DNA of 64,000 bases from Eledone cirrhosa (GCA_964016885.1 OZ024757.1:930001-994000), one strand, 5' to 3'. Shown: positions 13,664 to 26,907, counted from the first letter of the stretch. A program made the numbers and translations. Notes: a model not told the origin generated them from the sequence alone.

Positions 13664-16600
13664 TTTTTACCATGTTACCTATACGGCCACATTACAGCAT
13701 GGACTGTGTGTATTTTCTCGTGACACCTACACGATCTCGATCTCATTTATCTCATTCATTTGGACTGGATGTTGTGGTACCAACTTTATAGAGAGAGGGT
13801 GGTGTTGGTGGGAGTGGGAGGATAGGGTAGGGGTAGTGGATGGGGGTGTATATTTGGTTAAGAGGTGCCTACTGATTGTAGGTTTCGCTTTGTACATAGG
13901 GAAGGTGGGTCTTCTGTATTACTGCGTAGCGCCAAAGATCTCGGTCCAGGTGCAAGCGTGTAAGGTCGGAATTTATCAGATCGTCCCAGATTTTTCTGGG
14001 TCTACCTACTCCGTAACTACCATCAGTTTTGATCGCCCTGTTGTCTTTCATGTGCATCACGTGACCATACCAATGTAGTCTTCTCTCGAGTACACAGCAT
14101 CTGATCCCTCTTATTCCTAATTTCTCACTTAGTTCATTTATGCTTTGCCATTCACGTATATTACTATTACACATCCAACAGAGCATGCATGCTTCATTCC
14201 TTTCCAGTCTACGCAGGTCCTCTGCACGTAATGCCCATGTCTCACTGCCATGTAGCATTGCTGTTCATATACAAGCATCATACAATCTGCGTTTCACTTT
14301 TAGAGAGAAACCTTTTGTGGCCAACAGCGGTATAAGCTCTCTGAACTTTTTCCATCCCATTCTGACTCTGGCTACTGTACTTTCAGAACACCCTCCACCA
14401 CTGCTGATTTTGTCACCCAGGTAACAGAAAGTGTCTACTATTTCTATAGAACCATCTGTGCAATAGAAGGGGCTAGTATCCTGTGGGCACTTGCTACCTA
14501 TTGCACCTGAGCATCGGCCCATATATAAAGTCTACGTTCTTAGATAGTTTACCTGTGATCCCACTACATCTTTTATGTACCCATACTTTGCATTTGGGAC
14601 ATATAATTGAATTTCTGCCTACTCCATTCCTACACACTGAGCAAGGCCATTTCCCTGAGGGTACCTGTGCCTTATTTTCCTTTCTACAAACTAGGACTTT
14701 AGTCTTAGACAAGTTAACTTTAAGGCCTTTTGATTCTAGGCCATGCTTCGATGTTTGGAATTTCTTTTCTAGTTCAGCCATTGATTCAGTGTTAGATCAT
14801 CTGCGTATAGGAGTTCCCATGGGTAGCCGGTCTTGAACTCCTCTGTTATAGCCTGAAGGGCAATATTAAAAATAGGAGGGGGCTAAGGACAGAGCCTTGG
14901 TGAACACCAACTTTTACACTAAATTCTTCACAATATTCATTGTTAATTCTAACCTTACTGACTGTTTCTTTATACATAGCTTGTATAGCTCTCACAAGCC
15001 ATTCATCTACACCTAGTTTTCTAAGAGCCCACCAGATAATGGAGCGGGGGACTCTGTCAAAGGCTTTTTCCAGGTCTACAAAAGCTAAGTAGACGGGTTT
15101 ACTTTTAGCTAGGTACTTCTCTTGTAGTTGTCGTACAAGGAAAAGAGCATCTGTGGTACTTTTATCTGACACAAACCCAAACTGAAATTCATCTAGATCA
15201 ATTCACTCTCTGATTAGTTGCGCTATAACTCTTTCTGTGACCTTCATGACCTGGTCAACTAACTTAATGCCTCTATAGTTTCCTCTATCTAGAGCATCTC
15301 CTTTACCCTTGTAGCAGTTAATGATGATGCTGCTACGCCAATCTTTTGGTATGACCCCATTCTGTATTACTTGGTTAACTATACGAGTGACCATAGTATG
15401 TCCTACCATTCCAGATGCCTTCAACATCTCAGCAACTATCTCCGAAGGCCCAGCTGCCTTGCCTTTCTTCATATCTTTGATTGCCTAACTTATTATACTA
15501 CCTTTGACTTGCACCGCTGGTCCTTCTATTGGATCGATTTGGGGCAGACTATCTTTTTCCCACTTATTCTCTTCATTTAATAGTATCTCATAGTGACACT
15601 TCCAGGCTATCTTCTTATCAGCATCAGTGAGGGAAAGTACACCGTTATCATTACGGACACACTTCTCCCCAACAATATCACGGTTTTCCTTGACACAGTG
15701 TCTAGCAATCATGAACACCTCGCGTTTTTGGTCCTTACGTTGTAGAACATGCTTGAACTTTCTTTCCTCTGCTTCCCTTTTTGCAAGGTACACTCGTCTC
15801 CTAGTTTTTCTCCTGGCCACTTGATAGTGCTCTCTACTTCCCCCATTCTGCCATACTTTTCAAGCCTGCTTTTTGGCCTTGATTGTCTCTTCTACCTTAT
15901 TGTTCCACCACCAAGTTACTCTCCTCCTGCCAATAGGTCTGCTCCAGCCACAGATTTCATCTGTTGCTTTCAGCAGGTTCATTTTCAAGAATTGCCACTG
16001 TCCCTCTATATCGCACGTCTCTAATTTCTCTTCCTTATTGTCAAAGGCATCAAGTAATCTTTTAAATTTGTCACTGTCTATGGGGTCCTTCAACTTCTAT
16101 ATTCTTCTCCTCAAGGTAGGCCTCCTCTGTCGTCGAGTACGTCTATTCCTGACTATGAGGTCACTAACTACTAGGCTATGTTGGGAGGTGCATTCTTCAC
16201 GGGGAAGGATTTAGTGTTTACAACAGACATTTTGTCCCGTCTTGTAGTAAGGATATAATCTATCTGGCTGGCGTGTTCCCCTGATCTATAGGTGATCAAG
16301 TGGTTTTCTCGTTTTTTGAAGTTTGTGTTACAGATAGTTAGGTTATTAGCGTCACAGAATTCTAGGATTCTGAAGCCATCCTCATTTCTATTTCCAACCC
16401 CATAGCCTCCATGGATTACATCATAGCCATCACTATGTTGTCCAACGTGACCGTTTAGATCGCCAACAATAATTAAGTAGTCACTGTCGGTTATTTAGGA
16501 GGTAGTGTGCATTAGCATCTCATAGAACCTGTCCTTTATAACGTCAGGTAGACCAGATTGGGGCAGAAGCAGATATTATTGTCACAGTAGTTCTATTTAG

Positions 16601-17400
16601 AACTAGCCTTATTTTAATTATTCTGTCATTTACTCTATTTATGTCAATTACCTTATCTACCCATTTTTCAGCTAACATAATTCCTACACCACCCAGTCCG
16701 TTGTCATTTCCCACCCAGAAAAGTTTATAGCATCGTTTTTTACCCACGATGAATCTGGCAGACCTCCACCTCTCCACCTAGTCTCTTGAATACAACAAAC
16801 ATCAACTTCTTTACGTTCAAGCATCTCTACAACCTCATTTGAGCGACCTTTTAATGTGCCTACGTTCATGGTACCAACTCTGAAGTTGGGAGGGTGGGAT
16901 GGATGGGTTAGAGGGGCAGGGAGGGGTGTGGGAGACGGAATTATGTTGGTCATTCGTGTCTGAAATAGAGAGGGGTCTTTGTATTCTCGTCCTGCAGTAG
17001 GAGGTGAATTTATCTTTATCTGTAACATCGACATTGAATGCTTAGATTTTCCAAATCTCCGCAGTCAACCCATCAAACAGGTCTAAACTTAAGGAGTGTA
17101 TATATAACAGGAGGCTGGACTGGTGTAATTCCTGAAAGGTTTATTATACTATGAACATTTCAGTGACTGGGTTCAGTATGAATCCGGTGACATCATCAGG
17201 TATTCGAAATATAACAAAGGAATATAATAGACAAAATCCATGGGGCTGAAAATCAGAGGCATGAGGGCGGCCGAACATTTAGCAGCTTCTACCTCAGTTG
17301 GCCGCCCACAAGTGGTGATTATTAAGCCTACTTATGTCCATCTGGTGAAGGGGTGTAGGCTTATAGTGTACTACTACCACCCCATCAAAGACAGAGGCCA
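13664..17400 (-). mobile_element. Near full-length decayed RTE-clade LINE (APE endonuclease, RT, internal PHD-like finger)
   Basis: Minus-strand ORF pieces: RVGTMNVGTLKGRS..DVCCIQETRW (APE); KAAGPSEI..NYRGIKL; AFVDLEKAFDRV..GVHQGSVLSPLLF; WELLYADD near 14800; CSVC..CPKC..HKRC; RRLHWYGHV. Multiple stops and frameshifts. The 3' UTR is cut off by the 35-bp satellite. Confidence 0.93.
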
Positions 17401-17409
17401 GCCTTGATA

Positions 17410-17990
<581 letters not shown>

Positions 17991-18034
17991 CAATGATATT
18001 AAATAAATGGAAACTATATTTATAAAACCATATT

Positions 18035-18098
18035 TATTTTATTATATATATTTCAAGGGCAACCAAGATAACATTGGTACACTTTCATCAGATAAAAT
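18035..18098 (-). ncRNA. Type-I hammerhead ribozyme, family B
   Basis: Reverse complement reads ATTTTAT-CTGATGA-[helix II ACCAA/TTGGT]-GAAA-TATATA-TA-ATAAAAT. Helix I strands are complementary. Confidence 0.75.
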
Positions 18099-18104
18099 TC
18101 AAAG

Positions 18105-18135
<31 letters not shown>

Positions 18136-18221
18136 TTTGCAAGGTTTTTGAAATGATAATACTATAATACTACCTCTGATTATGTTTCAGATGTGCAACG
18201 AAAGAACTTTGTTAGACTATA

Positions 18222-19052
18222 TGATAATGATAATGAATGATAATGAAATTATTGTGTACAGTGCTCAGGTGCACTACAACTCATCAAAGGTGCATGTATA
18301 GTACATAGAATAATAAAGTGTCAGGAAAATGAACAGTGTATGAGTCATGATATAATAACAATAACAATAATGAAATATTGCGTACAGTGCCCAGGTGCAC
18401 CACAACTCATCAAAAAAGTGCATGTACAGTACATAGGGCAATGCACAAACATCAGTAAAATGAACAGTGCACGAGTCATGATACACACATGTGTGCATGT
18501 GTATGGAAGGGGTACATCAGGTGTAGTTTTGGCGTATTTCGGGAAGCATGAGTGTCTTAAAGGATGCAGTGTCTCGGGAGCTAACAATTGACGCAGGCAG
18601 TTTGTTCCATGCTTCAGCAACTCTGAGCGTGAAAAAATGTCTACGAAAGTCATGGGAGCTGTGCTGTTTTCTGATTTTGTAGGCATGTCCACGTGTGTTA
18701 GACACATGGAGATCAAAGAGGCGCTCAGGGTTGCAATTGGCGAGATGGTTAAAAACTTTGTGGGTATTCACCAAGTCCATTGCCAGACGTCAGAGCTTCA
18801 ATGAATCCATGCCCAGGGGAAGCAAGGCATTCAGAGTATGGTAGGTGTCTGATGGAGGGTATGCGCTTGGTTGCACGTCTCTGAACAGTTTCCAGGAGGT
18901 CAATGTTCTGAGCAAGATAGGGGTTCCAGACTGATGATGCGAATTCCAAGTGTGGTCGCACCATAGCTGTATACAGTTTTAAATAGATGACTGGAGAGCG
19001 GCTAACAAAGGTCTTGCTGAGTGATACCAAGACACCCTCGGCCTTCTTGACA
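18222..19052 (-). mobile_element. 5'-truncated CR1-clade LINE (RT C-terminus and 3' UTR)
   Basis: LYTAMVRPHLEFASSVWNPY, LETVQRRATK, TRGHAYKI and RRHFFTLRVAEAWNKLP are characteristic CR1 ORF2 C-terminal motifs. The 3' UTR has an internal duplication of about 125 bp. Confidence 0.9.
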
Positions 19053-19240
19053 ATATATGTGTTTATATATGTGTTTATATCTGTATTTTTAACCGTTGGT
19101 CAATCAATGATAAACATTGATTGCCAAATAATTTAACTCTGGAGATATAAACGATACAGAAGCGAAAACCAACCAAACAGTGAGTGTGTTCTGTTATTAT
19201 TTCTGGCAATATTATTATAATATATATATATATATATATA

Positions 19241-19409
19241 TGTTATACTTGGGGAGGATCATATTGTAATAATTGTTTCTAATTTAGGCACAAGGCCAGC
19301 AATTACCCAGTGCATTACTGATAAAATAAAGTACCAGTAATGCACTGAGTAATTGCTGGCCTTGTGCCTAAACTAGAAACAATTATTACAATATGACCCT
19401 CCCAAGTAT

Positions 19410-19413
<4 letters not shown>
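19241..19413. repeat. Fold-back inverted repeat containing a SINE 3' end and a PLE terminal motif
   Basis: Arms TGTTATACTTGGGGAGG..GGCACAAGGCCAGCAATT..CATTACTG and its reverse complement, 14-nt spacer, flanked by (TA)n. Confidence 0.85.
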
Positions 19414-19466
<53 letters not shown>

Positions 19467-19607
19467 ATAATAATAAAATTGAAGACTAAAATCCAAAGAG
19501 GCCTCGATAAGGAAAATATATATCAAATATATAAGAACCGTAGAGCAAATATTTATTAAAATAACAGATTAAAGTTTAAGCAAAGAATCGCTGCTTTCAC
19601 GGATTTT

Positions 19608-21470
19608 CTTTTTCGGGTGAATTTTACCAGCAGGTGTCTGGGGTAGCGACGGGAACCAGAATGGGTCCAAACTATGCCAACTTGTTTGTTGGCTACGTTA
19701 AAGTCCAGATCTTCTCCCAGTATGCTGGACCAACTCCTGAGCTATACGGCCGTTATATCAATGACTGTATTGGCGCCACCTCTCTATCACGAGAACAGCT
19801 CGACTGTTTTCTTTCTTTTGTCCAATCTTTCCATCCTGCTTTTAATTTCACCACCTCCGTCTCCGATTCTTCTGTCGCTTTTCTAGATATCTCTCTATCT
19901 ATTAATCATTCTCACCACACCCTCTCTACTTCCATCTTCATTAAACCAACAGCCTCCCAATCTTACCTCGACTTCACCTTCTCCCATCCAACCCACACCA
20001 AACACTCCATATTCTATTCCCAATTCCTCTGTCTTCATTGACTCTGTAGCCAGGACGACGATTTTGAAACCCATTCACTTCGCATGGCTTCCTGCTTCAT
20101 CCAGCATGGATATCCCCCCCACCTTGATCCAAGCTGCTCTCACCTGCGCCCGTGAAACAGACCACACCACAGCCCTCTCACCTTACCCCCCGCCCTCCCA
20201 ACACCCATGTTCCTTTCCCTCTCACCTACCACCCCATCACCCTTCCATTCCTTCCACATCGTCTTTTCTGACCCCGTCACTTCTCGCTTTTTTCCAAACC
20301 CACCCATTACTGCTTTTAAGTGCGCCCGAAACCTCCGCAGTTCTTTTTCGTCCTCTCCCACGACTCCATCCTTGCCTATGTACAAAGCGAAAGCTACAGT
20401 CAGTAGGCACCTCGTAACCAAATATACACCCCAATCCACTACCCCTACCCTATACTCCCACTCCCACCAACACCACCCTCTCTCTATAAAGTTGGTACCA
20501 CAACATCCAGTCCAAATAAATCATCCTTGTTCCCGTTCCCGCTGCAACACTTGTCTCTTTATTTCCACCCTCACCACTCTTACAGGCCCTAATGGGTTTT
20601 TCCATATCCGCCATTCCTTCACCTGCACATCCACCCACGTTGTCTATGCCCTCCGGTGTTCCCTTTGCAGGTCTTTATATATCGGACAAACGGGAGGCTG
20701 TATGGCCGACCATTTTGCCGAACATTTGAGGGATATATGACTTGGTTTGGATACTCCTGTCACCCACCATTTCTGTTCTCCTGTCATTCTTCCCTACATG
20801 TTTCAGTTCTGGAGGTCCTTTTACATCATGGATCACATGGCGCACCAGGACTGAACAAAGTCTGATTCACTGTCTTGGACTCAACTCAGCTCCCCAATTT
20901 CTCTAATACCACGTCCATTATCACACCCCTTGATTCCTATCGCTTTCTCTTGATCATTAGCAGCTTCTCTTACAACTAATACATGCCGATACACACCCTT
21001 ATATTAACCTACTTTTGCTCATAGCTTCGTACTTACATACACACACACTCTTTTACTCACATATACACACACATTTTTTCTTAGCTTACGGACCTATAAT
21101 AACACACACACAAACTCATGCTTACGCACGTGCTCAAGTATAGCTATTTTTACAAAACGTTTTTTTTTCCATTTCAGGTAGACGCGCTCCATCATCCACT
21201 TTTCTAAAAAACAAATCATACACAAAACGCCAGCTCCAACAGTTTTCCAAGAGATGTCAACATGAATGGACCTGTTATTTTTATCTAAAGACATTTTTTC
21301 CAATTCCATCCCGCCCGTCCCCTCAATCTATTTTATTTCTCATTCTTTATTCTGATGAAGGACTAGCGTCTGAAACGTCAAGACCCTCTTCCTGCTATAT
21401 CAAGCGTTAACCTAATATATACCTTCCATATACTGTACCGATTGTGTTATTATTTCTGTTTACCTTTTAC
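19608..21470 (+). mobile_element. 5'-truncated Penelope-like element (Neptune-like): RT C-half, GIY-YIG endonuclease, 3' pseudo-LTR with hammerhead
   Basis: GVATGTRMGPNYANLF, YGRYINDC (YIDD-derived), FLDI, Cys linker PCSRSRCNTC..FTC, VVYALRCSLC..YIGQTG..FAEH. A hammerhead follows at 21348. Confidence 0.9.
21348..21383 (+). ncRNA. Minimal type-I hammerhead ribozyme, family A
   Basis: TATT-CTGATGA-AGGAC-TAGC-GTCT-GAAA-CGTC-AAGA, with palindromic helix III ACGT. Confidence 0.75.
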
Positions 21471-21534
21471 ATACATATATATTTATATATATATATATTT
21501 ATATATATATATGTATATATATATATTTATATAT

Positions 21535-21635
21535 TCATCATTGATTAACGTCTGTCTTCCACGCTAGCATGGGTTTGACAGGTTTTCCCCTTTAGAGGCA
21601 AGTTGGGCCAGGTGTCTGTCTCTCGCTCATATATA
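21535..21635 (-). mobile_element. RTE/SINE 3' tail fragment
   Basis: TTAACGTCTGTCTTCCACGCTAGCATGGGTT matches the tails at 36600-36665 and 47170-47230. Confidence 0.75.
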
Positions 21636-23286
21636 GGAGAGTTTCTGGAGTGAGGGGAAGAGAAACTAACACTTGCTTCCGAGGAAAAGCGTGTTTGAAA
21701 AAAGAACAACACAGTAGTACCGGAGGAGATCAAGTACCAATGTAGTTGCTGTATACAGGACTGCCTCTCCTGTGGGGACCTGTACAGCCCCAGTAGTACC
21801 GGAGGAGATCAACTACCAATGTAGTTGCTGTATACAGGACTGCCTCTCCTGTGGGGACCTGTACAGCCCCAGTAGTACCAGAGGAGATCAACTACCAATG
21901 TAGTTGCTGTATACAGGACTGCCTCTCCTGTGGGGGTCTGTACAGCCCCAGTAGTACCAGAGGAGATCAAGTACCAATGTAGTTGCTGTATACAGGACTG
22001 CCTCTCCTGTGGGGGTCTGTAAAGCCCCAGTAGTACCAGAGGAGATCAAGTACCAATGTAGTTGCTGTATACAGGACTGCCTCTCCTGTGGGGGTCTGTA
22101 CAGCCCCAGTAGTACCAGAGGAGATCAACTACCAATGTAGTTGCTGTATACAGGACTGCCTCTCCTGTGGGGACCTGTACAGCCCCAGTAGTACCGGAGG
22201 AGATCAACTACCAATGTAGTTGCTGTATACAGGACTGCCTCTCCTGTGGGGACCTGTACAGCCCCAGTAGTACCAGAGGAGATCAACTACCAATGTAGTT
22301 GCTGTATACAGGACTGCCTCTCCTGTGGGGGTCTGTACAGCCCCAGTAGTACCAGAGGAGATCAAGTACCAATGTAGTTGCTGTATACAGGACTGCCTCT
22401 CCTGTGGGGGTCTGTAAAGCCCCAGTAGTACCAGAGGAGATCAAGTACCAATGTAGTTGCTGTATACAGGACTGCCTCTCCTGTGGGGGTCTGTACAGCC
22501 CCAGTAGTACCAGAGGAGATCAAGTACCAATGTAGTTGCTGTACTGTATACAGAACTGCCTCTCCTGTGGGGACCTGTACAGCCCCAGTAGTACCGGAGG
22601 AGATCAAGTACCAATGTAGTTGCTGTATACAGGACTGCCTCTCCTGTGGGGACCTGTACAGCCCCAGTAGTACCAGAGGAGATCAAGTACCAATGTAGTT
22701 GCTGTATACAGGACTGCCTCTTCTGTGGGGGCCTGTACAGCCCCAGTAGTACCAGAGGAGATCAACTACCAATCTATTTGCTGTATACAGGACTGCCTCT
22801 CCTGTGGGGACCTGTACAGCCCCAGTAGTACCAGAGGAGATCAAGTACCAATGTAGTTGCTGTATACAGGACTGCCTCTCCTGTGGGGGTCTGTACAGCC
22901 CCAGTAGTACCAGAGGAGATCAAGTACCAATGTAGTTGCTGTATACAGGACTGCCTCTCCTGTGGGGGCCTGTACAGCCCCAGTAGTACCAGAGGAGATC
23001 AAGTACCAATGTAGTTGCTGTATACAGGACTGCCTCTCCTGTGGGGACCTGTACAGCCCCAGTAGTACCAGAGGAGATCAAGTACCAATGTAGTTGCTGT
23101 ATACAGGACTGCCTCTCCTGTGGGGGCCTGTACATCCCCAGTAGTACCAGAGGAGATCAACTACCAATGTAGTTGCTCTATACAGGACTGCCTCTCCTGT
23201 GGGGACCTGTAGAGCCACAGCAGACACAAAATTCTCCAGGAGCCGCAGATCCATGGTCTTTTGAGACCAACAGGTGCCAATAATAA
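21636..23286 (+). mobile_element. 3' fragment of an RTE LINE whose zinc-finger segment is tandemly amplified
   Basis: The left flank encodes GEEKLTLASEEKRV. The array unit encodes YQCSCCIQDCLSCGDLYS and the last unit continues SHSRH. It is followed by GCAGATCCATGGTCTTTTGAGACCAACAGGTGCCAA(TAA)n, an RTE-type 3' end. Confidence 0.7.
21712..23212. repeat. 79-bp minisatellite, about 19 copies
   Basis: Unit CAGTAGTACCAGAGGAGATCAAGTACCAATGTAGTTGCTGTATACAGGACTGCCTCTCCTGTGGGGACCTGTACAGCCC. Confidence 0.97.
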
Positions 23287-23505
23287 TTGTTTCTAGTATA
23301 GGCACAAGGCCAGCAATTTGGGGTGAGGGGAAAGTCAATTAAATCGACCCCAGTACATTACTGGTACTTTATTTTATAGACCCCATAAGGATGAAAGCCA
23401 AAGTTAACCTCAGCAGGATTTGATTTCGGACCGTAAAGGGCCGTAACTCTATGCCTCAAAGTATATTATCCGACGCGCTACCGATACTGCCAATCCACCG
23501 CCCCC
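23282..23505 (-). mobile_element. tRNA-derived SINE with Nin/Deu-like central domain (octopus-type)
   Basis: Reverse complement: GGCGGTGGATTGGCAGTATCGGTAGC (A-box-like) .. CTTTCATCCTTATGGGGTCTATAAAATAAGTACCAG .. GCTGGCCTTGTGCCT..AGAAACAATTATT. Confidence 0.8.
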
Positions 23506-23619
23506 ACGGATGCGAATAATTACAATAAATACTTCTGTAACTGCAACTAAAAAGTTTCTGTTTGTATGTATGAATGTATTTCAATGTATATATATGTATG
23601 TGTGTATATGTGTATGTGT

Positions 23620-24852
23620 CAGGTACCAACCTGCCCCTGGTAAGCAGTACACTGAACCAAATATCTATGTGTATGGTAAACGACTTGGAGTGGTTGATCA
23701 GTTTGTCTACCTGGGAAGCACTGTCAATCGATACGGCAACCTTTATAGTGAAATCTCACTTAGGATTAGGAAAGCAAGTGATGCTTTCAGAAAGCTAGAA
23801 AGGCGACTCTGGGGTCGGCGAGACATATGCAAGAAGACAAAGGTAAAGGTGTACAAGGCATGTGTGCTCTCTTGTCTTCTTTATGCCTGCGAGACCTGGG
23901 TCACATATCGACACCACCTTAAGCAATTGGAGCGTTTCCATCAGATGTGTCTCAGACGGATCCATGGCGTTCACTGGAGGGACCACATCAGTGATGTCGA
24001 GATTTTGGAAAGCTCTATGTGTGACAGTATAGAAGCTCTTGTGCTTAAGCAATGACTCCGTTGGAGTTGTCACCTTGCCAGGATGAAGGATTCTAGAATA
24101 CCAAAACAACTCTTTTATGGAGAGTTAGTTAAAGGAAAACGACCGCCACATAAACCAAAAAAGAGGTATAAGGATTCCTTGAAAGCCTCTTTGAAAGACG
24201 CTAACACCTCTGCTGATACATGGGAAAATATTGCTGCTGATCATAATAAATGGGGGAAAAGTTGCCTTTGAGGCATCTCAAATCGCATACGAGAAAGTAA
24301 AGCGGGATGTGAGGAAGGGCATTGCTGTTGAACTTCCAGACGGCGAGGGTCCTCCCATGGTGCTGACATGCAGCGTCTGTGCGAGACTTTGCCTAAGCAA
24401 AGCTGGCCTCGAAAGTCATCTTCGCAGTCATAAAGTAAGACCAGTGGTTGACTACCAGGCTGCTGTTGGAGATGCTACTCATCATGCTTGCCAAGCATGT
24501 GGTAGAGAATGTAAATCAGCAGGAGGGCTCAAACGACATGCAAAAGTACACGAACTCCAACCACAGCCGGCTATTCCCAGTGAATGTTTTGGTTGCCGAC
24601 TCTGTGCAAAATCATTGGCTGGGCTAAAAAGCCACATTCGATCGTAGCGCTGTTAATTGCTATCGTGTGTGTATAGATATGTTTGTGTGTGTGCGTGTGT
24701 GTGTATATATATATATATGTATATTATTATTGTTGTTGTTGTTGTCATTATTATTATTGTTGTTATTATTATTATTATTGTTATTAATATATATATATAT
24801 TTTTTTTTTCTCGTGCAATGGCCATACTCGATAACGAGGGGGCAGCCATCAT
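23620..24852 (+). mobile_element. 5'-truncated RTE (BovB-like) LINE with C-terminal C2H2 zinc fingers
   Basis: VDQFVYLGS, LLYACETW, LERFHQMCLRRI, RIPKQLFYGEL, then CxxC..HLRSH, CxxC..HAKVH and a third finger. The 3' end reads GGCCATACTCGATAACGAGGGGGCAGCCATCAT. Confidence 0.88.
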
Positions 24853-25215
24853 GTATATATGTATGTATGAATGTATGTATTTCAATGTATGTGAGTATGT
24901 ATATATATATGTGTGTATATATGTATATATGTATCTATGTATATATGTATATATATATCTATGTATGTATGTATATATGTATATATGAATGTATGCACAT
25001 ATGTATCTGTGTATGTATGTATGTATATGTATGTGTGTATATATGTTTGTATGTATATATATGTATGTATATGTATGTATATATATATGTATGTATATGT
25101 ATATATGTATGTATATCTATGTATATATATATGTATATATATATGTGTATGTATATGTATATGTATATATGTATGTATATGTATATATATATATGTATGT
25201 ATATGTATGTATATC

Positions 25216-25304
<89 letters not shown>

Positions 25305-25310
<6 letters not shown>

Positions 25311-26405
25311 ATACTTTGGGAGGGTCATGTTGCCAATAAGAAACACACGCACCAGTTGCTTTCACTTCAATTTATTATAATAAATTTATAATAAATTTAT
25401 AAATTTCTGGTTAGTTGGTTGGTTCCACAACCAGATAGTTGTTTATATATAGTCATAGTTCTTTCGTCACACACTCTGTGACCTCTTCAGTGACTGGGGA
25501 TTCCTTTCTTTGTTTCTGTGCCTCTCCTTTGTTCTGTCCTACGCCATTTTGTTTCTGTGTGTGTGTTGTGTGCTCAGTCTGCGCATGCGCCACATCCGGG
25601 TGTCTGTGTGTGTTTATGTTCATTTATTTATTTGTTTATTTACATGTTACTGGTTGGTTGTTTGTTCTATGTGTGTGTGTGTGTTTTCATTTTGTCCTTA
25701 ATTGTAAGTTGTGATGTAAGTTGTGTAGGGGAACGGATAAATGAACACTGGCGAGACCTTCAAGATAGTAAAGAATCATCTGTACTCTACCAACATGCTA
25801 AAATAGAACACAAGGGTAAATTAGAGAACATAGAAATAAAAATAGAATCTACACACAGAAAAGACGCAATGTTTAGACAAATTACAGAGGCAATAAACAT
25901 AAAAGAATTACAACCAAAATTAAATAGAAAATATGAGTGGAACAGCAACATCACAACTTACAATTAAGGACAAAATGAAAACACACACACACATAGAACA
26001 AACAACCAACCAGTAACATGTAAATAAACAAATAAATAAATGAACATAAACACACACAGACACCCGGATGTGGCGCATGCGCAGACTGAGCACACAACAC
26101 ACACACAGAAACAAAATGGCGTAGGACAGAACAAAGGAGAGGCACAGAAACAAAGAAAGGAATCCCAGTCACTGAAGAGGTCACAGAGTGTGTGACGAAA
26201 GAACTATGACTATATATAAACAACTATCTGGTTGTGGAACCAACCAACCAACCAGAAATTTATAAATTTATTATAATAAATTGAAGTGAAAGCAACTGGT
26301 GCGTGTGTTTCTTATTGGCAACATGACCCTACCAAAGTATAACAATATCGGTTTCAACACACGATTTCAGATAAAGAATCTTGCTAAACAAATTCAGAAA
26401 CGAAA
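25305..26405 (+). mobile_element. Truncated PLE with an inverted terminal repeat: GIY-YIG C-terminus between arms of about 400 bp
   Basis: 25305-25717 is the reverse complement of 25948-26346. The spacer encodes GERINEH..SVLYQH..RQITEAINIKELQPKLNRKYEW. Confidence 0.85.
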
Positions 26406-26489
26406 TATATATATATATATATATATATAATTATATATATATAATTATATATATATATGTGTGTGTGTGATTTATATATATATATATAT

Positions 26490-26705
26490 ATTTATTAAAA
26501 TAACAGATTTAAGTTTAAGCAGCGCTTAAAAGGTGAAAGCAGCGATTCTTTGCTTAAACTTTAATCTGTTATCTTAATAAATATTTGCTCTACGGTTCTT
26601 ATATATTTGATATATATTTATCCTTATCGAGCCCTCTTTGGATTTTAATCTTCACATTTATTATTTGTACTGTTGACCATGTATATCTTCACTCTTTCAC
26701 TATTA
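26490..26705. repeat. Dispersed repeat (family D) with a small inverted repeat; related copies at 19465-19608, 32315-32500 and 33820-34035
   Basis: Shared sequence GTGAAAGCAGCGATTCTTTGCTTAAACTTTAATCTGTTAT..GGTTCTTATATATTTGAT. Confidence 0.75.
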
Positions 26706-26712
26706 TGTGTAT

Positions 26713-26748
<36 letters not shown>

Positions 26749-26811
26749 GTATGTATATGTATGTATATGTATGTATATATATGTATGTATATGTATGTAT
26801 ATATATGTATG

Positions 26812-26854
<43 letters not shown>

Positions 26855-26907
26855 GTATGTATATATATGTATGTATATGTATGTATGTATATATATGTAT
26901 GTATATG

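Noticed and set aside
21712-23212. CRISPR array or Cys-rich repeat protein gene
   Set aside because: There are no spacers, 79 is not a multiple of 3 and stops recur. RTE-derived amplification explains it.
24231-24647. Host C2H2 zinc-finger gene
   Set aside because: It is contiguous with RTE ORF motifs and an RTE 3' end, so it is part of the LINE.
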